Assembly (NCBI GenBank): GCA_050942555.1
Contig: JBMNNN010000003.1
Coordinates: forward strand, 1-37,421
Direction of reading: 5' to 3'
Length of the DNA stretch: 37,421 nt
Source of the DNA: Christensenellales bacterium
GTDB taxonomy: Bacteria; Bacillota; Clostridia; Christensenellales; UMGS416
Shown: positions 18,334 to 26,902 of the stretch, piece by piece
Numbering within the stretch: position 1 is the stretch's first letter
Layout of the letters: every line of letters begins with the position of its first letter
Made by a program: the position numbers and the translations under genes
Notes under the pieces: generated by a model
The model's database searches: none
Told to the model about the DNA's origin: nothing
Seen by the model: the letters and a program-made list of their open reading frames with translations, nothing else

Positions 18334-19520
18334 GGCACGTCCCCGTGGTCAGAAAGGAATGCCCGCAGCCTTGCCATAGCCTCCTGGATGGTGCCCATCG
18401 AATAGGCGTAGGATGCGCGCACAAAGCCTTCGCCCGACGGGCCGAATGCGGTGCCCGGAACCAGCGCGAGCTTCTGCTCGCGCAGCAGCATTTCGCAGAA
18501 CTGCTGGCTGGTCATGCCGGTCGAACGGATGCACGGGAACGCATAAAACGCGCCGAGCGGCTCGAAGCACGGCAGGCCCATTTTATTAAACGCGTCCACG
18601 ATCACGCGGCGGCGTCGGTTGTAGGACCGCCGCATGGACGCAACCTCCGAGAAACCGTCCATGAGGCCGAAGCGCAGCCCCTCCAGCGCGGCCCGCTGCG
18701 CCATGATGGGCGCGCACAGCGCGGTATACTGGTGGATCTTGACCATCGCGGCCATGAGCTCGTCGGGTCCGCAGGCATACCCGAGGCGCCAGCCCGTCAT
18801 CGCGAAGGACTTCGAGAACCCCGACAGCAATATCGTCCGCTCCCGCATGCCCGGCAGCTCGGCGATCGATACGTGACGGGTTGCCGTATAGGTAAGCTCG
18901 CCATAAACCTCGTCGGACACGACCGCCAGGTCCGCTTCGTCTATGACTTCGGCGAGCGCGGCGAGGTCGGCCCGCTCCATCACTGCGCCGGTCGGGTTAT
19001 TGGGATAGGGCAGTATGATCGCCCGGCTGCGGGGCGTCAGCGCGTCGCGAACAGCCTGGGGCACCATCCGGAATCCCTCGTCGGCGCCGGTCCGCACGCC
19101 CACGGGCACGCCGCCCGCCAGCATCACGCAGGGCGCATAGCTGACATAGGAGGGATCGGGGATGAGCACCTCGTCGCCTGGACGCAGTATCGTCCGCAGC
19201 GCCAGATCGATCCCCTCGCTGGCTCCTATTGTCACAAGTATCTCCCGGGCAGGATCGTATTTGAGCTCGAACCGGGTCCTGAGATACTGCGCGATCGCGC
19301 TGCGCAGCTCGGGCGTTCCCCAGTTGGATGTATAGTGGGTCTCGCCCTTCTCCAGCGACCAGATCGCAGCCTCCCGCATGCGCCACGGCGTCACGAAGTC
19401 GGGTTCGCCCACGCCCAGCGATATCGCGCCCTCGACTTCATTGACGATGTCGAAAAACTGCCGGATGCCCGACGGCGGCACGGCCTTTACGACAGGATTC
19501 ACCCATTTTTCAGCGCTCAC
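18330..19520 (-). CDS. PLP-dependent aminotransferase class I/II (YugH/AlaT-like)
   Basis: PPSGIRQFFD, SLGVGEPDF, YPNNPTG, SDEVY, SKSFAMTGWRLGY; coupled to an upstream Lrp gene as in Bacillus yugG-yugH. Confidence 0.92.
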   Translation of the reverse strand: MSAEKWVNPVVKAVPPSGIRQFFDIVNEVEGAISLGVGEPDFVTPWRMREAAIWSLEKGETHYTSNWGTPELRSAIAQYLRTRFELKYDPAREILVTIGASEGIDLALRTILRPGDEVLIPDPSYVSYAPCVMLAGGVPVGVRTGADEGFRMVPQAVRDALTPRSRAIILPYPNNPTGAVMERADLAALAEVIDEADLAVVSDEVYGELTYTATRHVSIAELPGMRERTILLSGFSKSFAMTGWRLGYACGPDELMAAMVKIHQYTALCAPIMAQRAALEGLRFGLMDGFSEVASMRRSYNRRRRVIVDAFNKMGLPCFEPLGAFYAFPCIRSTGMTSQQFCEMLLREQKLALVPGTAFGPSGEGFVRASYAYSMGTIQEAMARLRAFLSDHGDVP

Positions 19521-20005
19521 GGGGTCACCGCCAGCCTGCTATCGGATTCCTCATCGAATACAACGCCGTCTTCCTTGTATTTCTTGAGTACAAAATGGGT
19601 CGCCGTCGATATGACGCCCTCGATCGTGGAGAGCTTCTCTGCGACGAAGAAGGCGACCTGCTTTAGTGTCTTGCCCTCAGCGAGCACCATGAGATCGTAG
19701 CCGCCCGACATCAGATACACCGAGCGCACCTCGGGGAAACGGTATATGCGCCGCGCGATCTCGTCGAAGCCCCGGTCGCGCTGGGGCGTCACGCGCACCT
19801 CGATAAGCGCCTCCACAAGGGACTCGTCGGTTTTATCCCGGTCGATCATCGTGTTGTACTTGACGATGACCCGGTCCTCTTCCAGCTCTCTGATCGCCGA
19901 CTCGATCTCCTTTTCGCTGACCTCCAGCATTACAGCCATCTGCGCCGGGGTCGTGCGGGAGTCCTCCAGCAGTATTTCCAGTATCTCGTTCTTCAGATAT
20001 GTCAT
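19517..20005 (-). CDS. Lrp/AsnC-family regulator (YugG/AlaR-like)
   Basis: N-terminal HTH, VTPQRDRGFDEIARRI, LMSGGYDL, TATHFVLKKYK; start MTYL after AGGAGG. Confidence 0.9.
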   Translation of the reverse strand: MTYLKNEILEILLEDSRTTPAQMAVMLEVSEKEIESAIRELEEDRVIVKYNTMIDRDKTDESLVEALIEVRVTPQRDRGFDEIARRIYRFPEVRSVYLMSGGYDLMVLAEGKTLKQVAFFVAEKLSTIEGVISTATHFVLKKYKEDGVVFDEESDSRLAVTP

Positions 20006-20028
20006 CGGATCTTCCTCCTTGCATGCCA

Positions 20029-20075
20029 TTATACGTATAAGGAGCCCGGCCGTCCAGTGCCGCCGCGCTCCTTAT
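20029..20075 (-). promoter_or_regulatory. sigmaA-like promoter of lrp overlapped by a 9-bp inverted repeat
   Basis: TGGACG-17 nt-TATAAT on the minus strand. Inverted repeat ATAAGGAGC (20037-20045) / GCTCCTTAT (20067-20075) could be an upstream terminator or an operator. Confidence 0.5.
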
Positions 20076-20091
20076 TTGCGCGCCGCGCGGA

Positions 20092-20661
20092 CTAAATAAG
20101 CACGTCGTCGAGCGTGCGCTTGCGCACCCGGTGCCGCCCGGTCTCGTCCCGGTAATAGCGCACATCTCCGTCGGGCGCGTCCTCGAAAACAGCCGCTTCG
20201 CCCGCGTATCCGAGCGCCAGCAGCGTGTCCAGCGCGTAGCGCTCGGGATCCAGCCCCTCCGCCGCCAGTATCGCTTCGCGGTCTATCGCACCCATCCAGC
20301 AGCAGCCGACGCCGTGTCCGGTCGCCAGCAGCTGTATCGTCTGCGCCGCCGCGCCCGCATCGTGCGCGCAGCCGCCGGGCGCGACAGCCCTGTCTACGAG
20401 CAGCAGTATAAAGGCCGTCGGCCGCTCTCCGGGAGCCGGCGTCCCCTGCGGCCCCAGCAGCGCCGCCCACCGGGTCAGCGGGAAAACCCGCTCTACCCGC
20501 GCCGGGTCGTCTATGATGCGGTACCGGAGCGGCTGCCGGTTGGACGCCGACGGCGACAGCCGCGCGCAGTCCACCCAGTCCACGAGCAGCGCCCGGTCGA
20601 TCGGTTTCTGCGAAAACCTGCGGACGGTACGCCTTTTGCGCACCGCTTCCCGAATATCCAT
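20092..20661 (-). CDS. Nitroreductase family protein
   Basis: RRTVRRF, ARLSPSASNRQP, DAGAAAQ, GVGCCWMG, LALGY; start MDIREA after GGAGG. Confidence 0.9.
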   Translation of the reverse strand: MDIREAVRKRRTVRRFSQKPIDRALLVDWVDCARLSPSASNRQPLRYRIIDDPARVERVFPLTRWAALLGPQGTPAPGERPTAFILLLVDRAVAPGGCAHDAGAAAQTIQLLATGHGVGCCWMGAIDREAILAAEGLDPERYALDTLLALGYAGEAAVFEDAPDGDVRYYRDETGRHRVRKRTLDDVLI

Positions 20662-20672
20662 ACGAATTCCTC

Positions 20673-21710
20673 CTATCGCCAGTCGATGGTGCGAAGCTCT
20701 TGCGCGCTCACGCCCCGCTGGAGCAGCCAGCGCCGCATCTCGGCGGGCGGGGTCGTGTGCCCCCTGAGCAGCGCGGCCCGTCCCTCGAAATGAAGCCCCG
20801 TCGCGCAGGCCGGCACGACGAAGCTGTCGCCCGCCTTGACGTCGAATCCGCGTCCGGGATCGCTGCATCGCACGCTGCCGATTCCCGACGCAACCGACCA
20901 AACCGAGAAGCCGCCAGGTCCATGGTCGATAAAAGTCCCGTCCGCGTCGATGCGCTCCAGCGCGAAGTGCCGGTTGCAAATAAGCAGGGTCCGCGCCGCG
21001 CCCGCCTCGGGCAGCGTCAGACCCGTGCGGCGCACGAAGCCCGCGTCCCAGTCGATGACCCGCAGCGCCTGCTGTGTGTGCAGGGCACGAGGCCTGCCAG
21101 TGTCCCCGTCTATCCGGTCCCAGTCGTATACGCGGTACGTCGTGTCCGACGACTGCTGTATCTCGTATACCGTCACGTTCGGGCCCAGCGCGTGCACCGT
21201 GCCGGCCGGGATATTGACGACATCCCCGGCCCTGACGGGCAGCCAGCCAAGCGCGTCACGCAGCGTCCCGCCCGCAAGAGCCGCCTCGAACGCCTCCCGG
21301 CCACCGCGCACGCCGTATACGATGCGGCCATCCTCGGGCGCATCGATTACCACCCAGGCTTCGGCCTTGCCCGCTTCCCCCTCGGCCGCGCTGCCGTCTG
21401 CCGGATGCACCTGCACCGACAACCACTGGGACGGGCCGATGAACTTGACAAGCAGCGGGAATCCCGTCCCGGACACCGCCCCGCCGTAGAAGTGCTCGCC
21501 CATCCGCGCGATATATTCGCTAAACGGTAGCCCTGAAGCCGGACCGTCCATCACCACCGACTCAAAGCCGGGACGATCGGAAACCTCCCAGCTCTCCCCC
21601 GCCTTTTCACCGCCGGGCTTCCCCAGCAATCGGCCCAGCGCGTCCCCGCCCCAGAGCTTGGGTAACACGACCGGCCGCATGCGTACCGGAAATCGATCAA
21701 ACGCCGCCAT
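20673..21710 (-). CDS. manA: Mannose-6-phosphate isomerase, class I (short Firmicute type)
   Basis: LWGG, GESWEVS, FPLLVKF, LSVQVHP, GKAEAW, PAGTVHA, EIQQSSDTTYRVYDW; extended -10 TGgTATAAT just upstream. Confidence 0.88.
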   Translation of the reverse strand: MAAFDRFPVRMRPVVLPKLWGGDALGRLLGKPGGEKAGESWEVSDRPGFESVVMDGPASGLPFSEYIARMGEHFYGGAVSGTGFPLLVKFIGPSQWLSVQVHPADGSAAEGEAGKAEAWVVIDAPEDGRIVYGVRGGREAFEAALAGGTLRDALGWLPVRAGDVVNIPAGTVHALGPNVTVYEIQQSSDTTYRVYDWDRIDGDTGRPRALHTQQALRVIDWDAGFVRRTGLTLPEAGAARTLLICNRHFALERIDADGTFIDHGPGGFSVWSVASGIGSVRCSDPGRGFDVKAGDSFVVPACATGLHFEGRAALLRGHTTPPAEMRRWLLQRGVSAQELRTIDWR

Positions 21711-21826
21711 TTGCGCCTCCATTCCTGCCTATTATACCAAATTGGGGGATGGGGCAAAAGGGGGTGATGCAAGATAACCCTCACGAACATGAGATGCCGG
21801 GCCGAATCAGGTATAGAGCGCCTTAT

Positions 21827-22966
21827 TTAATACACCTTCTCGGTTTTATAAAGCGAGCGGTCCTTGTACATCGAATAGGGCTTGCCCATATCCCGGTACT
21901 GCGAGTCCGAGGAGATGTCGACCGTATACCATCCTCCGTCCACATAGATCTGGTTCCAGGCATGGTATCCGTTGACATTGTCGCAGTAGCCGTAGTTGAC
22001 CGATACGTGAATTCCGTTGCCCCGCAGCATGCTCGCATAGAGAACCGCGAAATCGAGGCATATCCCCTTCTTCACCGAAAACGTGGTTTCCGGATCCGAG
22101 TAATACCCCGGCGGCAGCGACCCCAGCTTGTCAAAGTCGTACTTCACGTTGGCGACGATCCACTGGTATACCGCTTCGGCCTTTTGCTTCTCGGTGGACT
22201 TGCCGCTCATCAGCGTAGCGGCGTGCTTCACGCATGCCATGCCCGAATTCCAGCTCACGACCGAATTGGACTGCAGGTATTTTGCGTATGGATCCTCGAC
22301 CGCTACCGTCACCGTCTGGGAGGTCACGAACGCGTAGCTCGATCCCGATATATTCCGGAAAAGGCTGATCGTATAGGTGCCCGCCCCTTCGGTGATCGGG
22401 AACTTATGATACATGCCGTCGCTTGGCACGTCGTAGTACGCGGTTTTCCCGCCGTCCTTCTTGATGCCGATCTTGATGCGGGCCGATTCGTTGCAGGCTG
22501 CCCGGACATACTCGTCGTTCGCGGTGCTGGTATCCAGCACCGGAGCGCCCCCGGGCTGCACGACGAGATCGGGCGCTGCGGTGGGTGCGGCGGTCGGTTT
22601 GGGTGTCGTAGGGGCCGTGGTCACGGCGGTCGGCCTGGGCGTCGGGCGGGCCGTCGCCGCAGCGGTCGGCCTGGACGTCGTTTTCCCGGGAGTCCCCGCG
22701 GACAGCCCGGGCGTGCCGGTGGGCGCGGCGGTTTTGCCGGTCGTGATCCCGGCTGTCGGGGCGGGCGTTCCGGCAGACGGCATCGGGGTCGCCTCTGCGC
22801 TATACGCTGCCCGCGGCACCCGCGTCGCGGTGGACCCGGGTTCCGATGAAACCGGTTCGGCCGTAACCATACGCCAGGTGAAGCGCACACCGCAGGAGAC
22901 GCTGCACAGCATGACTGCGGTCATGAGCGCGATAGCGAGTATGGTCGCAAGAGCCTTGCGCGTCAT
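21827..22966 (-). CDS. Exported transglutaminase-like (Cys-His-Asp) domain protein with long Thr/Pro/Ala linker
   Basis: Signal peptide ending CSVSC (possible lipobox), ~90-aa T/P/A linker, small beta domain, then GICLDFA / YHAWNQIY / VDIS triad motifs. Confidence 0.85.
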   Translation of the reverse strand: MTRKALATILAIALMTAVMLCSVSCGVRFTWRMVTAEPVSSEPGSTATRVPRAAYSAEATPMPSAGTPAPTAGITTGKTAAPTGTPGLSAGTPGKTTSRPTAAATARPTPRPTAVTTAPTTPKPTAAPTAAPDLVVQPGGAPVLDTSTANDEYVRAACNESARIKIGIKKDGGKTAYYDVPSDGMYHKFPITEGAGTYTISLFRNISGSSYAFVTSQTVTVAVEDPYAKYLQSNSVVSWNSGMACVKHAATLMSGKSTEKQKAEAVYQWIVANVKYDFDKLGSLPPGYYSDPETTFSVKKGICLDFAVLYASMLRGNGIHVSVNYGYCDNVNGYHAWNQIYVDGGWYTVDISSDSQYRDMGKPYSMYKDRSLYKTEKVY

Positions 22967-23023
22967 CGGATGTCCTTTTCCTTTCCTATTTCTCCGGCCA
23001 GATTCCATTCTCTATGGCGGGCA

Positions 23024-23761
23024 TCAGCCCACTACGCCGTCAAAGGAACTGCCGGTGTGCCCGGAGACCGTCATGGGCACCTGACTCACGTTCCAGCGAA
23101 CGATCAAAAAGCGGGAGAAGCCGGACTCCGGCACAAAGCGCACCGAGAAACGCCAGTTGTCCCCATCTTCCAGTTCGGCGGATATTGCGGGGGGCAGGAC
23201 ATCGAGCACGCCGTGCAGCCGCAGGTCGCCGGGCATGTCCCCGGAGGACTGGGTGAACGACACCGTCAGATCGCCCCGCGCGGGAAGCGCTGTGTCGGGA
23301 TCAAGAATCCCGGCCGGGTTCGTTCCGGCGATCGTCAGGCCCTCTCTGGCGGCGATCCGCGAAAGTCCCTCGGCGGCATAGTACCAGTAAAGCCGGGTAA
23401 AAAGCGTCTCCGCCGCGCTTACGCGCTGGGCCCCGGTCCGCGCGCCGTCGGCCTCTCTGAGAAAATTCTCAGGCACGGTGGATGGCGCGATCCCCTCGGG
23501 CAGTTTGCCCTGCGCGAAATAACCGTCGGTAAAATAGGCGAGCGCCTTTTCCTGTGCCGCAAGAAGCACGGCGTCGATGCGCGCCGTTTTATACTCGGCA
23601 AGCCGGTCCTGTTCGTAATACTGCTCGGTCCAGGACACGTTCTTCATCGCGAGCTTCCGGTTGATCCAGCTGGATGTGACCGCAATGCCCGCAAACGTCG
23701 CCAGCACGATGATGACCAGTATGACCAGCACTGACGTAGAGCCCTTCTCATTTGCGATCAT
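23024..23761 (-). CDS. Pilin-like protein, PilX/GspK/ComGG type (no Glu5)
   Basis: MIANEKG|STSVLVILVIIVLATF: class III signal peptide-like start lacking E5; ATGA overlap with the upstream gene. Confidence 0.72.
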   Translation of the reverse strand: MIANEKGSTSVLVILVIIVLATFAGIAVTSSWINRKLAMKNVSWTEQYYEQDRLAEYKTARIDAVLLAAQEKALAYFTDGYFAQGKLPEGIAPSTVPENFLREADGARTGAQRVSAAETLFTRLYWYYAAEGLSRIAAREGLTIAGTNPAGILDPDTALPARGDLTVSFTQSSGDMPGDLRLHGVLDVLPPAISAELEDGDNWRFSVRFVPESGFSRFLIVRWNVSQVPMTVSGHTGSSFDGVVG

Positions 23762-24222
23762 GGCCGGGCCTCCTCCCGGGGCGCGCCGAAGTACCGTGCG
23801 GCGCGGATGTGCACGAGCTCCTCGGATATGCCCCCCGCGCTCACGCTCACCACGCGCACGCGCAGGTCCGCGCATCCGGGCGCGTCCTCTCCCGAATCGC
23901 CGATCCAGGCGCTCAATACGAGCGCCGCTCCCTCGGGCTCCGACGGATTCCACTCCGCGTCGAAGTACTGGCTGGTACTGCCCCCCGGGGTATACGGCTC
24001 CCCGGCCAGCTCCCGCCAGAATGCGTCGGGCGACTGGGCTACCTTGAAGCGCGAAACGATCTCGCTGGCGCGCTCCAGCGCCTTGTCGGTGTCCGACGTG
24101 CTTTGGCTGACCTGGCGCGACAGCACAAAAAGCTGCATGATGAAGCCGCCCAGCACCGCCATCGCGGCGACCGCGACGATCACCTCTACCAGCGTAAAGC
24201 CTCCTGTCGGTCTGCGGTTCAT
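23758..24222 (-). CDS. Type IV prepilin-like protein (minor pilin, PilV/GspI-like)
   Basis: MNRRPTGG|FTLVEVIVAVAAMAVL canonical N-methylation motif; ATGA overlap. Confidence 0.85.
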   Translation of the reverse strand: MNRRPTGGFTLVEVIVAVAAMAVLGGFIMQLFVLSRQVSQSTSDTDKALERASEIVSRFKVAQSPDAFWRELAGEPYTPGGSTSQYFDAEWNPSEPEGAALVLSAWIGDSGEDAPGCADLRVRVVSVSAGGISEELVHIRAARYFGAPREEARP

Positions 24223-24743
24223 GGCGTCGCCCCCTCCTGTACCGTCCTGAGCGGAATGAGGCGCGTCACGGTTTGTGTGCGTCCCGACCGGACATAGGGG
24301 ACCGTCACGCGGATCGACCGCCCGCCGTCCTCGACCGCCACATCGAATCCGTCCAGCCTGAGTATGTCGAAGCAGTATTCGCGCACGGGCTGCGCGTCGC
24401 CCACCCCGTAGAATTCCAGCAGCATCCCGTCGTCCCAGAAAATCCATATGTCGTAATCCCCGGCCGGGCCTCCGCCCGCGATGCGCAGCGCATTGCCCTC
24501 GCCCAGCGGGTTGGGCACCACCGCGATCGCTCCCTCCCGGTCGTTCTGGCAGATGCGGTTCTGAATGTAGGCGATCGCCACCCGCGCGTCCGACTGGGAC
24601 TCGAAGTTTTCGGTGACGCGCTTATAGGCGCTGTCTCCCGCCTGCACCAGCGAAAAGGCCATAAATCCGAATATGCTGAATATCACGATGATCATCAGCG
24701 GCTCCACCAGCGAGAAGCCCCGGTTGTCGGCCAGCTTTTTCAT
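24219..24743 (-). CDS. Type IV prepilin-like protein (PilW/GspJ/ComGF-like; resembles DUF4860)
   Basis: MKKLADNRG|FSLVEPLMIIVIF; RVAIAYIQNRICQND helix; ATGA overlap. Confidence 0.8.
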   Translation of the reverse strand: MKKLADNRGFSLVEPLMIIVIFSIFGFMAFSLVQAGDSAYKRVTENFESQSDARVAIAYIQNRICQNDREGAIAVVPNPLGEGNALRIAGGGPAGDYDIWIFWDDGMLLEFYGVGDAQPVREYCFDILRLDGFDVAVEDGGRSIRVTVPYVRSGRTQTVTRLIPLRTVQEGATP

Positions 24744-25048
24744 CTCGCCACCACCCATACCTCGGGCCGCAGGTTGCCGCCATTATACTGATACCGGTAG
24801 AAAAAAAGCTCCTCGTCGAGTACGATGCCGTAATTCTCCACCAGATACGATAGATCCGGAGGGTACTCGCCCTCCAGCGCGTAGCACTGCGAAAGGGCCC
24901 GGTTGATGCTGGTCGCGAGCGTCTCCGCCCGCCACAGACCGGTCCGTGCCCATGTATTATCGAGCAGCGGCACGATCGAGGCCACCATGACCGCCATCGC
25001 GGCCAGTATCAGCACAGCCGCAATCAGCCGCACGCGCACAGCTCTCAC
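24740..25048 (-). CDS. Small pilin/GspG-like membrane-anchored protein without prepilin cleavage motif
   Basis: N-terminal hydrophobic helix, long amphipathic helix, then CYALEGEYPPDLSYL, reminiscent of the GspG-type Y...GxYP...L motif; GTG start after a GGGGG RBS. Confidence 0.7.
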   Translation of the reverse strand: MRAVRVRLIAAVLILAAMAVMVASIVPLLDNTWARTGLWRAETLATSINRALSQCYALEGEYPPDLSYLVENYGIVLDEELFFYRYQYNGGNLRPEVWVVAR

Positions 25049-25060
25049 AGCGCTACCCCC

Positions 25061-26257
25061 TTATCCTATGACCGACATGATATTGATGAGCGGCATCATG
25101 ACCGACAGGAGTATGATCCCGACGATGACCGAAAGTACGAAAATCAGCACCGGTTCGATGATCGTGGTCAGCCGCCGCAGCGTGCGGTCCACCTCGTCGT
25201 CGTAGAAACCGGCCGATTTCATCAGCATCTTTCCCGTGCGCCCGGTACGCTCTCCCACCACCAGCATCCGCAGCAGCATCGGCATGAATACGCCGATACC
25301 CCGGATCGAGGATGCAAGCGTCTGTCCGGAGGCCACCTGCTCGCGGCTTTTTTCGAGGCGCCGCTCGACCCATGCGTTTCCTATCAGGTTGTCCATACGG
25401 CTAAGCGCCAGCGCCATCGGTACGCCGCTCTCAAGCAGTATCGCCAGGCTGCGCGCGAAGCGGGCTGTCACCACCCGGCTGAAAAAGGCGCCGATTCCCG
25501 GCAGATGCACCTTCAGATAGTCGATAAGGTACCGCCCGCGGCGCGTTCCCGAGAACCAGATGAACAGCACGACGAGCACGGCGAGCGCCATAGCCAGTAT
25601 CAGCACATAGCGCACGACGAAATCGCTGAGCGCGAGTAGCCCGCGCGTGATCGCGGGAAGCTCTCCTCCCATCGAGGTGAGCATGCTCTCGAACATCGGC
25701 ATGATGCGAACCACAAGAAGGCCGATGACCCATATCATGAGCACGGTCAGCATCGACGGATACAGCGTGGCCGTACGCATTTTGTGGCGGATCTCGTTCT
25801 CCTTCTCATAGTAGTCGGCCATCTGGCTGAACACGACATCCAGCGACCCGCTGTCCTCTCCCACGCCCACCATGTGGATGAGGTAGGAGGGAAAAACGTC
25901 GGTATGGCGCTGCATCGCCTCGGATAGCGTCTTGCCGCTCGATAAGCTTTCGTACATCGAGTGCATCGCCAGGCGGAGGCGCATGTTTCCCGTCTGCTCC
26001 TCCAGCATGATCATGCCGTCGGTGAGCGGTATGTCGGAATTGATCACCGCATACAGCTGTCTGCACATGACCGCGATATCGAGCGCCGAGACACCGGGCG
26101 ACAGCGTTAGTTTGAGCCGCGATACCCTGGAGATCCGGTCTATCCGGTAGCCCCGGGACCTGACGCTCGACCGGGCCGCTTCTTCGTCGCTCGCTTCCAG
26201 CACACCGGCGACCGGATCGCCGAGCTGGTTAACGCCGCGGTATGAATAGTATGGCAT
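25061..26257 (-). CDS. pilC: Type IV pilus / T2SS platform protein (PilC/GspF/ComGB family)
   Basis: MPYYSYRG...G.LEA N-terminus; two GspF repeats (VGEDSGSLD, VGERTGRT); ATLYPS, IIEPVLI, VMMPL. Confidence 0.92.
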   Translation of the reverse strand: MPYYSYRGVNQLGDPVAGVLEASDEEAARSSVRSRGYRIDRISRVSRLKLTLSPGVSALDIAVMCRQLYAVINSDIPLTDGMIMLEEQTGNMRLRLAMHSMYESLSSGKTLSEAMQRHTDVFPSYLIHMVGVGEDSGSLDVVFSQMADYYEKENEIRHKMRTATLYPSMLTVLMIWVIGLLVVRIMPMFESMLTSMGGELPAITRGLLALSDFVVRYVLILAMALAVLVVLFIWFSGTRRGRYLIDYLKVHLPGIGAFFSRVVTARFARSLAILLESGVPMALALSRMDNLIGNAWVERRLEKSREQVASGQTLASSIRGIGVFMPMLLRMLVVGERTGRTGKMLMKSAGFYDDEVDRTLRRLTTIIEPVLIFVLSVIVGIILLSVMMPLINIMSVIG

Positions 26258-26315
26258 GATAACCCCTCACTTCCTTTATGCCGCAGGGCTGTTTTCCATA
26301 TATATGCAGTACCAA

Positions 26316-26345
26316 TAACCCGTTTCTCCGCGAATGAAACAGGTT
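26316..26345 (-). terminator. Hairpin after the lgt operon, possible terminator
   Basis: Minus strand AACCTGTTTC-ATTCGCGGA-GAAACGGGTT with only a weak T tail. Confidence 0.4.
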
Positions 26346-26359
26346 GCTGCGAATTGATG

Positions 26360-26866
26360 CTAGCTGCCTTTATGGCCTCCGCCCCGAATAAGCTGCCTTG
26401 CTACCAGGAACACGCCCAGCAGTATCAGAAGGACGGCTGCGAATATCTCGTGCGTCATATCGGTGAAATGCCGCACCAGAAAGAACCCGCCCACTCCGGT
26501 CAGTATGACGACCGGTATCCACGAGCCGTCCCGTCCGCCGCTGAAGATTTTCAGCTCCGCAAGACCCAGCGCCGGCCCCAGCAGGAAGAGCGGCCACAGC
26601 ACGCGCATCTCACCCCAGCCCCGGATCGCGCAGTAAAGGAACAGTCCCCCATAAACGAGCAATATGCCACCGGGCACCAGGAGGCCCGGGTTGCGGGGCG
26701 AATGTGCAAAGGCAATGATATGAAACAGAAGCGCCAGCGTAATAAGCGCGATGGGCCACCAGACTCTCCCCCACGCCAGCGGCAGTATGCCCTGCTGATC
26801 GAGTATCATCATGACGCCCAGCAGGACCAATATGATTCCCCAGAAGAAACTCGCTGTTTTCTTCAT
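26360..26866 (-). CDS. Integral membrane protein (LiaF/LiaI-TM, DUF5668-like)
   Basis: About 6 TM helices; FWGIILVLLG and repeated WWPIALI / LWPLFLL motifs. Confidence 0.75.
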   Translation of the reverse strand: MKKTASFFWGIILVLLGVMMILDQQGILPLAWGRVWWPIALITLALLFHIIAFAHSPRNPGLLVPGGILLVYGGLFLYCAIRGWGEMRVLWPLFLLGPALGLAELKIFSGGRDGSWIPVVILTGVGGFFLVRHFTDMTHEIFAAVLLILLGVFLVARQLIRGGGHKGS

Positions 26867-26902
26867 AATCCGACTCCTCTCCCCTGTCGTGCCGGGCGGG
26901 GA

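Noticed and set aside
23024-26257. Calling the pilin locus a canonical comG competence operon
   Set aside because: No comGA ATPase and no ComGC-like cleavable major pilin; PilC has the T4aP/GspF-style N-terminus.
26258-26359. Possible c-di-GMP riboswitch upstream of pilC
   Set aside because: Pilus loci in Clostridia can carry one, but I see no class I (GGCAAAC/GCAAAGC) or class II signature in this 100-nt gap, only one hairpin. An Rfam scan would settle it.
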